From Chiloscyllium plagiosum (Eukaryota), in contig NC_057722.1 of assembly GCF_004010195.1 (NCBI RefSeq), forward strand, positions 20,459,911-20,523,910: a stretch of DNA of 64,000 nucleotides. Reading direction: 5' to 3'. The notes under the pieces were generated by a model, which was given only the letters and a program-made list of their open reading frames with translations, had not been told where the DNA came from and did no database searches. Of the stretch, positions 25,716 through 37,819 are shown one piece after another. Numbering within the stretch: position 1 is the stretch's first letter; the number at the start of each line of letters is the position of its first letter. Both the position numbers and the translations under genes were made by a program.

Positions 25716-28700
25716 TCTACAGCAGGGAGAGCAAGTCCAACATGGAAGAGATCGAACCCTGTGCGGAGTACAAAGTTAAAAATTACACAACACCAGGTTA
25801 TAGTCCAACAGGTTTATTTGGAAATACAAGCTTTTGGAGCACTGCTTCTTCATCAGGTAGCTAGTGGGGCAGAATCATAGGACACAGAATTTATAGCAAA
25901 ACATCATAGTGTCATCCAACTGATGCGATATATCGAACAAACTGCGATTGCTGTTAAGTCTCCACCTCCACACCTGTGGGGAGTGCAAGCCCAGCATGGC
26001 TAAACTCTTAGGAAGGTCTGCAATATTGAACTTTTGACTATATTTCCTTATATTTATACTTTATACTTAATCACCCTTGTACCTAAGATGGCACTGGAAA
26101 TGGTGATATTGTCCACTTTTGTATCATTGTACTTGGATACAGTGGCAATAAAAATCCAACTCTAATTCTAAATCACAACTAATGACAGCTGAGCTTTCTC
26201 AGTATTTCAGGCATAAAATTATTTCTGGTATGAAGTTTTGGTTCTTTCAGTAGCTTCAGATAAAAAAATGGTTATTCTGGTTAGAGGATGGTAGACCCTG
26301 GTTTACTTTTCTACCAGGTTCAATTGCTCTTTCTTTGAGAGTTTTCTAAACAGTTCTATGGGAGCTTTTAATGAGAGAGCAACAGAGCTTCAGTTTAATA
26401 CCCTGTCTGAAATATGTCCCCTCCAACAGAACATCTGTCTCCAAGTTCTGCACGAGACTGTCAGCCTAGATTTTTGCAGTCACATCTCCGGAATGGGCCT
26501 GGAACCCAGATCTTTTGAGTTAGAAGATGAATGCTATCAATTAACTGAGCCACTACAGATGCAACAGAAATAAAATGCCTCACAGGAAAAGTAGATCAAC
26601 TGTAATTAATGATGCAAGTTAAAGGTAGTATTAAACAAAAGGAGGAGGTTTAACAGAATAGAAAGCTTCAAGGCTTAGAACAATTTTAGAATTTAGCAAA
26701 AGGTGACCAAGAATTTGATAAAAAAGAAAGTATGCAAGAGACAAGTTGTCCGTGGTACGTACAGGTGAAGAGTCTTAGTTTAAGCTGAGGAATGAAAAAC
26801 AGTCCCTGAAGATGATTGTTGCACAAGACCTTCACCTTAAACTTCTCCTGCCTTTATAGACAGCTTGTTGTCATCCTTTTTCCCCTCTGTAGAAATCCGT
26901 GAAAGCCATAACTGTGGGCAAATAGTCTGACCAGAATCCTTGAATTACGAACCAAAGTTGTCACCATTTGCAGCACCATCCCATATCAACTTTGCCAACT
27001 TTAAATAGCACAAGAAACCTCAGTAATTCCACAGACTCAGGGATCGTGAAGAATTTATTGCACAACTAAACTTAGCATAGTTGATGATCTCTTTAAGTAA
27101 ATTGTTGGGGGAAGGGGTTGGTATCAGAAGAAGGCTAACAAGCGGTTGAAAGCACATTTTTAGTTGGATATGTTGAAGAAAGCATGTTAGTTGAAGGAAT
27201 GAAGTTCAAAATGGTAGCAAGAGTATCAATTCAATCTTACACACTGATTGATAATCTGCCTCCATTGTGCATTTCATGCAGTACACTCTTACAATTCTTT
27301 CTCAACACTTCAAACATTGGTGTCCAGCATGCAATAGGTGGAAGTGTTTGTGTGTTTAGTGTGATTGCCATTTTGTTCCCAAAAGGCACCCTTAATATTA
27401 AAACTATAGATGCATTAGACTTGAGTTTTGCGGTCTTAAAAATTATTGGGCTTTACCAGAACCATGTCTGGATTGTTATCTGCAGTTGAGGTCTCTTCAT
27501 CCAGTGGGATTGAAAGAAATTTCTGTTAATTAAATTTGACCTTAAAGAATCAAAACTGTACTTAGTAAGTTATTGCACCATGTTCATTTATTTGATTATA
27601 AGCAGACAGTTTATAGTAAAATTGCAAGTAAAGATACCCTTATTTGGTTTAAAGATTCCAGTTCCTTCATACAGCTTCTAATTTAACATAAATGACTGAG
27701 GAAAATCTCTCTTCCGTTTAAATGTTAATCGCTCACATTCCCACATGCTTTGAAATGTAAGGTTCAGCAATTACTTCAAGCCATTATTATTCAATTAATC
27801 TTTCCAAGCAAGCATAATCAAACATTCCACCACATATGCTCGCTTGTATTTCATCAATGTTACATGTAATTACCAGAAAAGTGGATTTACTCTTGAAGTT
27901 CATCTGTTTGATCAATGAAATCTCCACTTTGATATTGAGAAAAATTACAGAGGGACTACTCAAAGTCAGGATTGTGATCTCAAAGGGGTTGAGAGCTGAA
28001 CCTTTGTGGTCATGGGCTCCAAAGCAGTAATGGCAGTCACGAGGCTTTGACTGATTTTTAATAGGTGTCAGGCCTGTGTTTTCAGAGGCTCTTCTGGCTA
28101 CTCTGCTCTGTAGGGTCTCCCCATCACCTCTACCCCACCTCCCTGGCTCTCAGAGTCCTCGCCGAAGAGCTGTGACAATTTTGAAGCCTCAAAATAGAGC
28201 TTCTGTGGGAAAAAGGTTGGGAAGCACATTTCAAAGTTTTAATAAACTGCTGGAGGAAGTTAAAAGATGTAAATGTTTTTCGGATATTGGGACAAAAGAG
28301 CCCACACTATTTGACTGAATTCACTGACTTTTTTTGTAATGGGGGTGAGGGGATCTTGCACATTGGCTGAAGAGCCAATGAGAGCCTTGTTTAGGGCACG
28401 CTCACTGTGTCAACTGCCATAAATGATGGACTTTCCCAGAATCAATGACTTTGGGAATTGTTACTTCTCAAACGCTCTATTGTACAGCAATACCATCACA
28501 GTGGTAATAGCTGCCGCTAGTGTGACACCCAGCTGAGGCCAAATATTGCCAGTGATTCTCAGGACAAAGGGAAGCAATGGGAGGAGGGGGTAAGGGTGGA
28601 CGGGAGGGGGAAGAGGTGGACCAGCAGCAAGGGTTGTCAGTGGGGGCCCCTTGCCAATGCAAGGTCCTTTAACCAGACACCATGTCTTTAAATGAGGGAC

Positions 28701-29521
28701 CCATCCCTCATGTCAGAGGCCTGCAAGCAAATTTTTCAGAGCTTGTTTGTTACCTACCTGTTACTGTGATAATTTCAGTGATTATGGGATTAGGTTGTTC
28801 AGTATGATTAATTGCTTGATTAGGTGTACACACTTTGGCATTGAGTAAGAAATCCCAGGCAGTGGGCTGTGGAAGGGGTCATCTCTACCAATGGTCTGCC
28901 CCTCTTCTGTGGTTATGTTCATGCCCGGGCATCACTGGAGAGGGAGCACACAGTGCCCATCGTTTCTCTCGATGCCTTTAGGGAGAGGTGGGCACTACAG
29001 GGGGTATAGCACTTCATTCTCTGCCACGAATTCCATTTTGCTTTAGTCCCCTCCCTCTTTCCCTGACCTCTCTCACTTTTTAACATTAGCCTTGCCCTCA
29101 ACAGGCATAGCTTGCAAATTAGCTACATGGGTGTATTCCTGGGGTGGTGGGGAAAAAAGTGTTAATAAACCCTTTTTACAAAGCTGTCTTCATTTGCTGT
29201 CTCACTATAAAACATAAAAATAATCACAGGTGATTTTGGGGGAAAAAATACATAGATTCTGGGCAGGCCCGGAATAGACAACTGTAATGGGCTGGGCGCG
29301 TTTGTGGTGCACATTAGTGTCACAATTCTGGAAAAAGAAAGAGAAGGCTGTCCATAGGCCTTCCATGAGGGATTGAAGTGAACGTTCAAAGTTTAAGGGT
29401 ACCCATGTGTGACCTCACACTTGATTGAAAATCCCTGCCAACGGATTCTTTGAGGGGAAGAAATTAAATTCAGCCCATTAAATCCTGTGTTATCTTATTG
29501 TGAACATCACTAGTGATACAA

Positions 29522-29989
29522 CTAATGAGAACCTCTTTGTTTCCAGACTGGTATTGAATTTTGCCTTGGTGCCATCTCTTTTGCACAATAACCATACCAT
29601 GACCCTTGTCTGGTTGCCTGGCACGTAGCCGTCAGCTCAAGGCAGACAAAGCAAAATTCGACAAAACACCTACTGCATCTAATATTTTTACAACCAAATT
29701 GGTTGTGCTCAAGCAGCCTGCCACAAGTAGGACAGGCCCGAATAGAAGGGCAATTTGTCACAACAGTATCTGGGAGGTTAATTAATGGGCAGGTACGCAG
29801 TGTATCCAATTCTATGTTGGTGCATCCTTCATTGTCACATCGATCAGAACGTGGCCCAGGTCCTTTCCATGGTTTCAGGCATTGCCAGCAGAATTCAAAA
29901 ACACTCTGTTTCTCAGCAGTACAGATTACGCAGTGGACACTTAGGTTAGCCAGGTCTTTGCGTTCAACAAATGTGCTGCATCCTGGACA
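29522..29989 (-). CDS. RBR-type E3 ligase, exon 4 (IBR + RING2/Rcat, stop)
   Basis: tttaccactag acceptor, phase 0; 468 nt; CPGCSTFVERKDLANLSVHCVICT..FEFCWQCLKPW (IBR) and RACPTCGRLLEHNQFGCKNIRCSRCFVEFCFVCL (RING2)...WKQRGSH*. Confidence 0.93.
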   Translation of the reverse strand, partial: CPGCSTFVERKDLANLSVHCVICTAEKQSVFEFCWQCLKPWKGPGPRSDRCDNEGCTNIELDTLRTCPLINLPDTVVTNCPSIRACPTCGRLLEHNQFGCKNIRCSRCFVEFCFVCLELTATCQATRQGSWYGYCAKEMAPRQNSIPVWKQRGSH

Positions 29990-30189
29990 CTAGTGGTAAA
30001 AATAAGGCCAAATATTTAGTGACATGAATATATACACATTGATAACTCAGATTGCAACCATGAAAGGTGCAAACCCCCAGAAGTTGCTGATGCTTCTGTT
30101 ATCAATGATGATGTGTTAACAGTTTCACCATCACTCCTATGATAAAATCAAGACCCTAAATCCACTCCTCACAACACCCCAGGATTGCT

Positions 30190-31230
30190 ACACTCCTACA
30201 ATGAACAAAAGGAAGTAAAAGAAATAAATTAGAGTATGAAAGGAAGCTAGCTAGGAATGTAAAACCAGATAGCAAGTGCTTCATATAGGAATCTGAAAGG
30301 TAAAATAATAAGTAAAGGGAGTAATGGACCTCCAGAGCATGAAAATGGGGAGTTAAGAGTAGATAAGCCTGTACTGCGCTGTATTCTTCTATGTTCTATG
30401 TTCTATGTTCTAAAATAATAAGTAAAGGGAGTAATGGACCTCCAGAGCATGAAAATGGGGAGTTAAGAGTAGATAATAAAGTAATGGTGGATGAAATAAC
30501 ATCTTCACCACAGAGCATATTTTTAAAATTGCCAATAATAGCTATAAACCAGGAATGGAAGGGAGAGAGGAACATAATGAGATCACAATCATGTGGAAAT
30601 CTGTATTAAACAAACTGCTGGACCTAGAGGCTGACAAGTCTCTGGGTCCAGATGAACTTCATTCCAGAGACTTGAAAGAGGTGGCAATTAAGGAAGTAAA
30701 TGCATTTGTCGAAATTTTCCAAACTTCCTTTGAATCAAGAAAGATTCCACTGGACTATACAAGAAAGCCAAAATAACTAATCTATTTATGAAGGAAAGTG
30801 TGCATATAATAGGAAACTGCAGGCAAGTTCACTTGATGTCTGGTGTGAGAAAGCTTTAAGAATCAATTATTGAAGTGATTACTGCTGCACACTTAGAAAA
30901 ATTCAAGGTAATTGGTAAGGGTCAACATGGTTGTGTTGAAAGGAAATCATTTTTAACCAATTTATTGGAGTATTTTGAAAGAGTAACTTGTACTAAGGAT
31001 AAAGGGGAGCCAGCAGACATACTCTACTCAGATTTCCAGACGCATTTGACAAGTTGCTGCATCAAAGGTTATTGTACAAAGTGGAAGTTCACAGAGTAAG
31101 GGGTAATAATCAAGCATAGATGGAAGATTTGCCAGCTGACAAAAAACAGGGAATATGTGTAAATTGATGGTGTGCTATTGAAATCTGTATTGGGGCTCAA
31201 ACTTTGGACAGTTTACTTCAATGACGCAAA
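30190..31230 (+). mobile_element. Degenerate CR1 ORF2 fragment in RBR intron 3
   Basis: DKSLGPDELHSRDLKEVA, GQHGC..KSFLTNLLEYFERVT motifs. Confidence 0.8.
30301..30476 (+). repeat. 66-bp perfect direct duplication flanking a 44-bp CR1 3' tail
   Basis: 30301-30366 is identical to 30411-30476; insert GCCTGTACTGCGCTGTATTC(TTCTATG)n. Confidence 0.85.
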
Positions 31231-31302
31231 TCTTCAACATTTAATTACATCTATATGTGACGTGACAGTTAACTTGCATTGTTATTTCTGTAGTAAACTT
31301 AC

Positions 31303-31476
31303 TGATTGGTATTCACAGTACTCAGCTGCAGCCAACACAGCAACAGTTTCCTCAAAATATTGCTGCTCTTCTGCGGTCAGAACCGCCAGTTTGCGAACTT
31401 CATCATAGGGCCATTCATGTCCACATTTCTCTGTCGTTCCCTCCTTTAGTGCTGGGCAGAAGAACTTATACTGACC
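31303..31476 (-). CDS. RBR-type E3 ligase, exon 3 (end of RING1 and linker)
   Basis: catag acceptor and gtaagt donor; 174 nt, phase 0/0; GQYKFFCPALKEGTTEKCGHEWPYDEVRKLAVLTAEEQQYFEETVAVLAAAEYCEYQS. Confidence 0.92.
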
Positions 31477-32083
31477 CTATGGTTCCAAAGTTAAATGCAA
31501 ATGAAGGCTTCAGACTTCAATTCAGTGAGCATCATGTGTGTGGCAGAGTAGTATATCATTCAGTTACAATTCGCTAACCGAGTTCCCAACTCACTCAGGT
31601 AGATTCAATGTGGTAAAAGTGATAAATAAGTTTCAGATTTTTATTTTAAATTGTTGAAGATAGAACTAAATATTATAATACTAATAAAATGCCAAATTTG
31701 AAATAAATAGATGACAAGAAGCAAAGTAACATCATACAGTACAATGTGCAGTGATTTATTTTGATGTACAATAAGTAGTGGTATGTTCACAAGGCCCACA
31801 TATTCAGAATATCATTTTTAACAAGTGTTATGTACTCCAGACTACCTGAAACTTCTCCTCAGGGAGATTGTGGTCTAGCAAAGTTTGACACATTCACTGC
31901 AGCACATTTTATTGCACGAGAAACTAGGGACAAGAATGATTCAATTATATTGATAAAATTCAAATTCAGAAAAAAAACATATAAAGCATCACTGCAGGTG
32001 GAATAAAGCATTGTTGTATTTTTACACATTTATATAGTTTCTTTAAATTTGACAGACTCAATTTAAAAGCCAAAAATGCTTAC

Positions 32084-32181
32084 CTGATCGAGGAGACTTC
32101 GACACCAACTAGTCAGTGAATTTGGATCAACTGCATGTTTGCAGGACATTTCTGCTCGCAAAATATTAGGATCATCATCTC
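32084..32181 (-). CDS. RBR-type E3 ligase, exon 2 (degenerate RING1)
   Basis: tttcag acceptor and gtaagc donor; 98 nt, phase 1/0; GDDDPNILRAEMSCKHAVDPNSLTSWCRSLLDQ. Confidence 0.92.
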
Positions 32182-32321
32182 CTGAAATGGCAGGGAACAC
32201 AGTCACTTTTGAAAGAATGCTATTTGGGAATCAGCAAATGTGAATTACCAATAACAGAAGGGCCAGTTTAAACATTGACCTTGGACTAATATCTGATGAA
32301 CATCTTAACATGATGATGGAT

Positions 32322-33187
32322 TTTTGCAAGGTTTGTGAAGGTTTGTCGCTCAGGTTGAGGTTTAGGGAGTAGGTTTGCTCACTGAGCTGTAGGTTTGATA
32401 TCCAGACATTTCATTACCTGGCTAGGTAACATCATCAGTGGCGACCTCCAAGTGAAGCGAAGCTGTTGTCTCCTGCTTTCTATTTATATCTTTCTCTTGG
32501 ATGGGGTTCCTGGGGTTTGTGGTGATGTCATTTCCTGTTCGTTTTCTGAGGGGTTGATAGATGTGTGTTTGTTTATGGCGTTGTGGTTGGAGTGCCAGGC
32601 CTCTAAGAATTGTCTGCATATCTTTGCATAGCCTGTCCCAGGATAAATGTGTTGTCCCAGTCGAAATGGTGTTTTTTTTCAATCCGTGTGTAGGGCTATG
32701 AGGGAGAGAGGGTTGTGTCTTTTTGTGGCTAGCTGGTGTTCATGTATCCTGGTGGCTAACTTTCTTCCTGTTTGTCCTACGTAGTGTTTGTGACAGTCCT
32801 TGCATGGAATTTTGTAGATGACGCTGGTTTTGTCCATGGGTTGTACTGGGTCTTTTAAGTTTGTTAGTTTTTGTTTGAGAGTGTTGGTGGGTTTGTGTGC
32901 TACTAGATTTCTGAGGGGTCTTAGTAGTCTGGCTGTTATTTCTGAAATGACAGCCAGACTACTAAGACCCCTCGGAATCCTAGTAGCACACAAACCCACC
33001 AACACTCTCAAACAAAAACTAACAAACTTAAAAGACCCAGTACAACCCATGGACAAATCCAATGTCATCTACAAAATTCCATGCAAGGACTGTCACAAAC
33101 ACTACGTAGGACAAACAGGAAGAATAGCCAGGTAATGAAACGTCTGGATATCAAACCTACAGCTCAGCGAACAAACCTACACCCTAA
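32322..33187. mobile_element. Penelope-like element (GIY-YIG endonuclease 3' end plus pLTR) with an internal inverted duplication
   Basis: VIYKIPCKDCHKHYVGQTGR..TRIHEH GIY-YIG motif on both strands; 12-bp flanking direct repeat ATGATGATGGAT (32310-32321, 33188-33199). Confidence 0.88.
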
Positions 33188-33635
33188 ATGATGATGGATA
33201 TATGCAACAAAACACAACATGGAATGGTCTGCTGAATTTTATTTGTGTTAATGTTCATCTCTATTTTAAAATTGTATGTAATATTTTAAAATGCCCATCC
33301 ATATTCTCAAAGAAAATACACAATTGAAAACATGTCTTTTTCCAATTTTCCTGATTTAATTTTTAAAATATACAAACTACCCAGGCAAACCTTCAAGTGA
33401 GAGGTGAGTGTTGCCAAACTTCCAGGATTGTCCGACAAAGAATCAAAGATTAATCCCCTGGACATTGCTGTGAATATCTCAGTAAATTAAAAGGACTTTG
33501 AAATAAATGCTTGTCTCCTCACATCTTTGAACAATTTTGCTTATTGGTTTTAATAATATTAAAGATCTGGAATATATTATTTGAGTGACTGAATCAAGGT
33601 TGCATGGTGATATAAAATACAGACCATTAATCATT

Positions 33636-33810
33636 AATTGGGAGATGCCGGTGTTGGACTGGGGTGTACAAAGTTAAAAATCACACAACACTAGGTTATA
33701 GTCCAACAGGTTTAATTGGAAGCACACTAGCTTTCGGAGCGGCGCTCCGAAAGCTAGTGTGCTTCCAATTAAACCTGTTGGACTCTAACCTGGTGTTGTG
33801 TGATTTTTAA
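33636..33810. mobile_element. Palindromic non-autonomous element (same family as 16179-16350)
   Basis: About 68-bp arms with a 3-nt loop centred at 33742; flanking direct repeat CATTAATCATT (33625-33635, 33811-33821). Confidence 0.8.
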
Positions 33811-34338
33811 CATTAATCATTCAAGTTAAATTACTTTAAAAATCTTTGGGCTTTAGTTTGAGAGGAAGTCATTTAAATTGAGCTGGCATAATTTAAAATG
33901 GCCACTGAAATTACTGGAACCTGAAAATTGCTGAGCTCAACAGGAATTTATAAAGAAGTGACGAAATAACAAGGCAAAGCAACTATTGCTATATGTAAAT
34001 TTCTGAAACGGAACACCACTTTGAAACTGAAAATGTGATCCAACGGGAATTATCCAGTCACTAATATTCATTAACTGGAATATAGATCTCACACAGGCCT
34101 TCACATTTTCTATGAGGAAGTGACATTTGCACTACAGTTATAGCTGGAACAAAGATCATCCTCCAAATTTCATGGTTTCGTTTTTAAGTCACCTTGCGCT
34201 GGCATGTTATAACAGACCTCTGGAGGAGGTGGGATTTAAGCCCGGCTGTCCTGGCACAGAGATAGGGACATTACTACTGCACGTCAAGAGCCCCCAAATA
34301 AGGTAGATTGAAACCTTCCCCACCTCACCATCCATATA

Positions 34339-34551
34339 CAGGGCGACCCCGGGTATCTGCAGAATCATTTTCCGTACTTTCAGTTACCCGCAGATTACTG
34401 CGGCCCAAACATATTATAGGGAGCCAGGGGTCCGGAGGTTGCCTGGAAGGTACATTTCCCATTGAAGTGAATGGGTTCGCTCCCATCCGCGGTTTCCGGC
34501 TTCCGTGGTAGATCCTGGAACGCATCCCCCACGGGTATGTGGGGGCTACTG
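34339..34551. mobile_element. Tc1/mariner (Tigger-like) MITE
   Basis: Starts TA|CAG; imperfect TIRs; right end reads CAGTAGCCCCCACATACCCGTGGGGATGCGTTCCAGGA on minus, resembling Tigger/MER2 termini. Confidence 0.55.
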
Positions 34552-35172
34552 GACGTAAAAGGATATCTGGGGAGCTCTGACAATGATCACCAAAATTTGA
34601 CTGGATGGCTAATTTGTGATTGAAAGTGATGGCAACAGCATGGATTCAATTCCTTCATCAGCTGAAGTCGCTATGAAGGACTTGCCTTCTCAACTGTTCC
34701 CTCAGCTAAGGCATGGTGACGGTAGGGTAAAATCACGACTGGATTGTTATTCTTTAATTAGAGATTGGGACAATGTCGACTTTACTTTCACTTCTCAATA
34801 TCTGGGAATGTGAACATGAATACACCATAATTCTACTGGCAAAGTAAATAAGCTTCAACCTTGATCATTTATATACAAGACAAAACATCGAAATGTTTAG
34901 TGCATATTTCAGAAGTATATTTAAGTGTATCAGTAACATCATTTTATTTGCACTTAAATCAGCTCTTAACCAGTTGAAGTCACACCGCCTTGATCTGAAA
35001 GGACGTGGTCATCTCGAAGAAAAATCAAAAGATGTTTAAAGACCTTTGAAAAAAATAATTTATCATGTTAATCGATGATCACGAATTTGCGAATAAAAAT
35101 TCTAAAACTAAATTCTTGTTGCTGGTTCAAAACTTGACATGCAGATAACAGAAAGCATATATTTTAATTTAC

Positions 35173-35260
35173 CTGTGATCTCATCCTTCCTTTTCACAAA
35201 TTTCAGCGTACGGTCGTCTGGATCGTAACGCTTTTCTATTTGTTGTCGTAGCGTTGTCAT
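35173..35260 (-). CDS. RBR-type E3 ligase, first coding exon
   Basis: ATG at 35260; MTTLRQQIEKRYDPDDRTLKFVKRKDEIT; gtaaat donor, phase 1. Exons of 88+98+174+468 nt give an uninterrupted 275-aa ORF. Confidence 0.88.
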
Positions 35261-35300
35261 CTCCCAGCTGTATAATGTGATCTCTGTACAGAAACACTGA

Positions 35301-35324
35301 ATATAAATTTGACTGGAAAGCCCC
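35301..35324 (-). promoter_or_regulatory. NF-kB site plus TATA-like element upstream of the RBR gene
   Basis: GGGGCTTTCC on minus (35324-35315) matches GGGRNYYYCC; followed by TTTATAT, about 45 nt upstream of the ATG. Confidence 0.6.
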
Positions 35325-35856
35325 TTCCACAAGTCAGTACAGGAAGATGGCAGCATTCACTGCTATTTAAATGATAATACACAACGCAGTTCTCGCCATA
35401 TTTTGCCGGTGATAAGCCAACCTCGATATAAGTCACACACTGTTTCTTTTTATGCAATGTTACCATGTATTAGCTGGCAGCAGATTAGAGGTGACAAATT
35501 ATTTTTAGCATAACCGCTGTTGCAGACAATGCTGAATACTTAAGCTCAGGAAATACTTTTTTGACTTTTTTTATATTAGACATTGGGTTGCTGACAACGC
35601 TACCAAAATGAGTTTATTATATATCACCAGTTACACTAAGAATTTGGTGATTATGGGCGTTCTTAATCTGCTGCATTCCTTAACAGGTTGGTGCTCCCAG
35701 AATGTTGTTAAATTCCAGCATAGTGGCCCATGATATTAAAGAAATGTTCACATATGCCTATATCAATGTTGTGAAAAACTTGGAGCTGATGATGACTCCA
35801 CATATAAACTGCCTGTGTCTTTCTGAACAATAGAGTTTACTAGTGAGGTTAATTTG

Positions 35857-36143
35857 GGTGGCACAGTGGCTCAGTGGTTAGCACTGCTGCCTCACAGTGC
35901 GAGGGACCTGGGTTCAATTCCTGCCTTTGGTGACTGTCTGTGTGGAGTTTGCACATTCTCTGTGTCTGTGTGGGTTTCCTCCCACAATTCAAAGATGTAC
36001 AGGCCAGGTGAATTGACCATGCTAAATTGTCCCATAGCATTAGGCACGTTAATCAGGTTAGGGGTATGGGTGAGTTACTCTTCAGAGGGTCGGTGTGGAT
36101 GTAATGGGCTGAAAGGCCTGTTTGCATATGGTAGGTAATCTAA
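35857..36143 (+). mobile_element. HE1-type SINE
   Basis: Head, core and TAATCTAATC tail. Confidence 0.85.
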
Positions 36144-36589
36144 TCCTTTCTATGTTATTTGAGTGAATTGTTGCAATGGGCTCTATCATGCACATTACAA
36201 CCATGGAATGTTTTAATTCAGGAATTACTTTTTCTGCTTTGTAGTAGAGGTAACAATTAAACAAACTTTTGTGACAATTATGGTACGGAATTTGAGAATG
36301 TTGCAACAGCTACATCCAACTCCATCCCATGGCTTCTCCCCCATCCTCCTGACTTGAGCTTTCTGAGTATCAAAAAGGCTTCAAGGAGTCAGGGTATGAA
36401 TCATTCATTACAGAGCTCTCAGTTTCTGTCCTACCTTTGGAGCCACAGTTTTAATACAGCAGGTCCAGTTAAAGTTTCAGTCAATGATGACTGCCGACAT
36501 ATATTGATGGAAGGAGATTCAGTCATCTTGCTGTTGTTTCTTGGTAGTCAAAATTGACATTGGCTTCAATGGATTGGCATCAAATCAGT

Positions 36590-37110
36590 AAAAAAAAAAC
36601 CTAGAGGAGGAATTCCTGGATAGTGTACAGATGTTTTCTGGATTAATGTGTACAGGAACCAATTGGAAAACAAGGATGGGAGAGTGAACTATGAGGAGGA
36701 TGTGGAGATGCTTCAGTGCGATATGGATAAGTTGAGTGAGTGACCAAATGCATGGCAGATGAAGTGTAATGTTGATATATTTAAATCTATCAACTTTGGT
36801 AGCAAAAACAGTAAGGCAGATTACTATCTGAATGACAATTAATTGGAAAAGGGGGTGGCACAATGTTCTTGTACATCTGTCATGGAAGATAAGCATACAG
36901 GTACAGCAGATGGAGAATAAGCAAATAGTATACAGGCCTTCATAGTGAGAGGATTTGAGTCCAGATCCAGGAGACACAATTTAAGGATATGGGGTGGGTC
37001 AATTAGTACAGAGATGAGGAGAACTTCCTTCACGAACAGACCCTGTGGGAGTCTATGCTGCAGAATGCTGTTAAAGCTAAAAGTATTGAATATTTTCAAG
37101 GAAGACTTAG
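36590..37110 (+). mobile_element. Fragmented CR1 LINE
   Basis: WQMKCNV-like RT remnant and 3' region. Confidence 0.65.
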
Positions 37111-37199
37111 ATATAGAAATAGTCATTGTTCCAAGAAAATGGGCAGAGTTGGTGAAGTGCAGCCATGTCAGCCATCAAAGAATTTAGTCTCATTTAAGG

Positions 37200-37810
37200 A
37201 AGGGAAAAAAAGTGTTTGACTTGCCAAACATAAGTGATGAGATTAAGCATCACATTGGTCAATACAGTACTGATAGCAAATGCCATGTTAAGTAAGCTAA
37301 AGAACCCCCTATCACACATGACATGGCAGACAGATCATGGGTGAAGCTGGGAATGGTCTTGCTCACTCCTGCAGGAACTGATTATCTTCTAAGAATTAGT
37401 TAATATTCTGAATTCTGGGAATTGGACTAGTAAGATCATAAAATGTCTAAAAGAATACTTTGGTCAGTACAACATTCCAGATATTGTAGTGAGTGGCAAG
37501 GTTAAATTAAGCATTTAGCTGTTCCCTAAAAGACGGGGAAATTCAACACTGCATCATCTCTGTTCTATCTCTGGTCAAATCAAAAGTCTAAAATGGCAAT
37601 GAAATTCCTCCAGGATCATGATGAAATCAAGCAAATACAGCATGGACTTGTGCAAGGCAATTAAATGGAGAAAGTCATCTAATGAATGTATGGAAAGTAG
37701 TCCAATCCAAAGACTCCCTCAAGCTACACTTTCTATAATGTAAAATCTGCTGAACCAGAAGTATTAACGGGCATGAGTGACAAAATCAGCAAAATGACAG
37801 AAAGCCAAGT
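37200..37810 (+). mobile_element. Gypsy-type LTR retrotransposon integrase remnant
   Basis: EPPITHDMADRSWVKLGMVL...DYLL...YSEFWELD and KCLKEYFGQYNIPDIVVS resemble a Gypsy integrase core; contains stops. Confidence 0.65.
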
Positions 37811-37819
37811 CTTACTTTG

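Noticed and set aside
26825-26920. Minus-strand peptide KDDNKLSIKAGE, vaguely SH3-like
   Set aside because: Needs frameshifts and has stops on both sides; probably chance.
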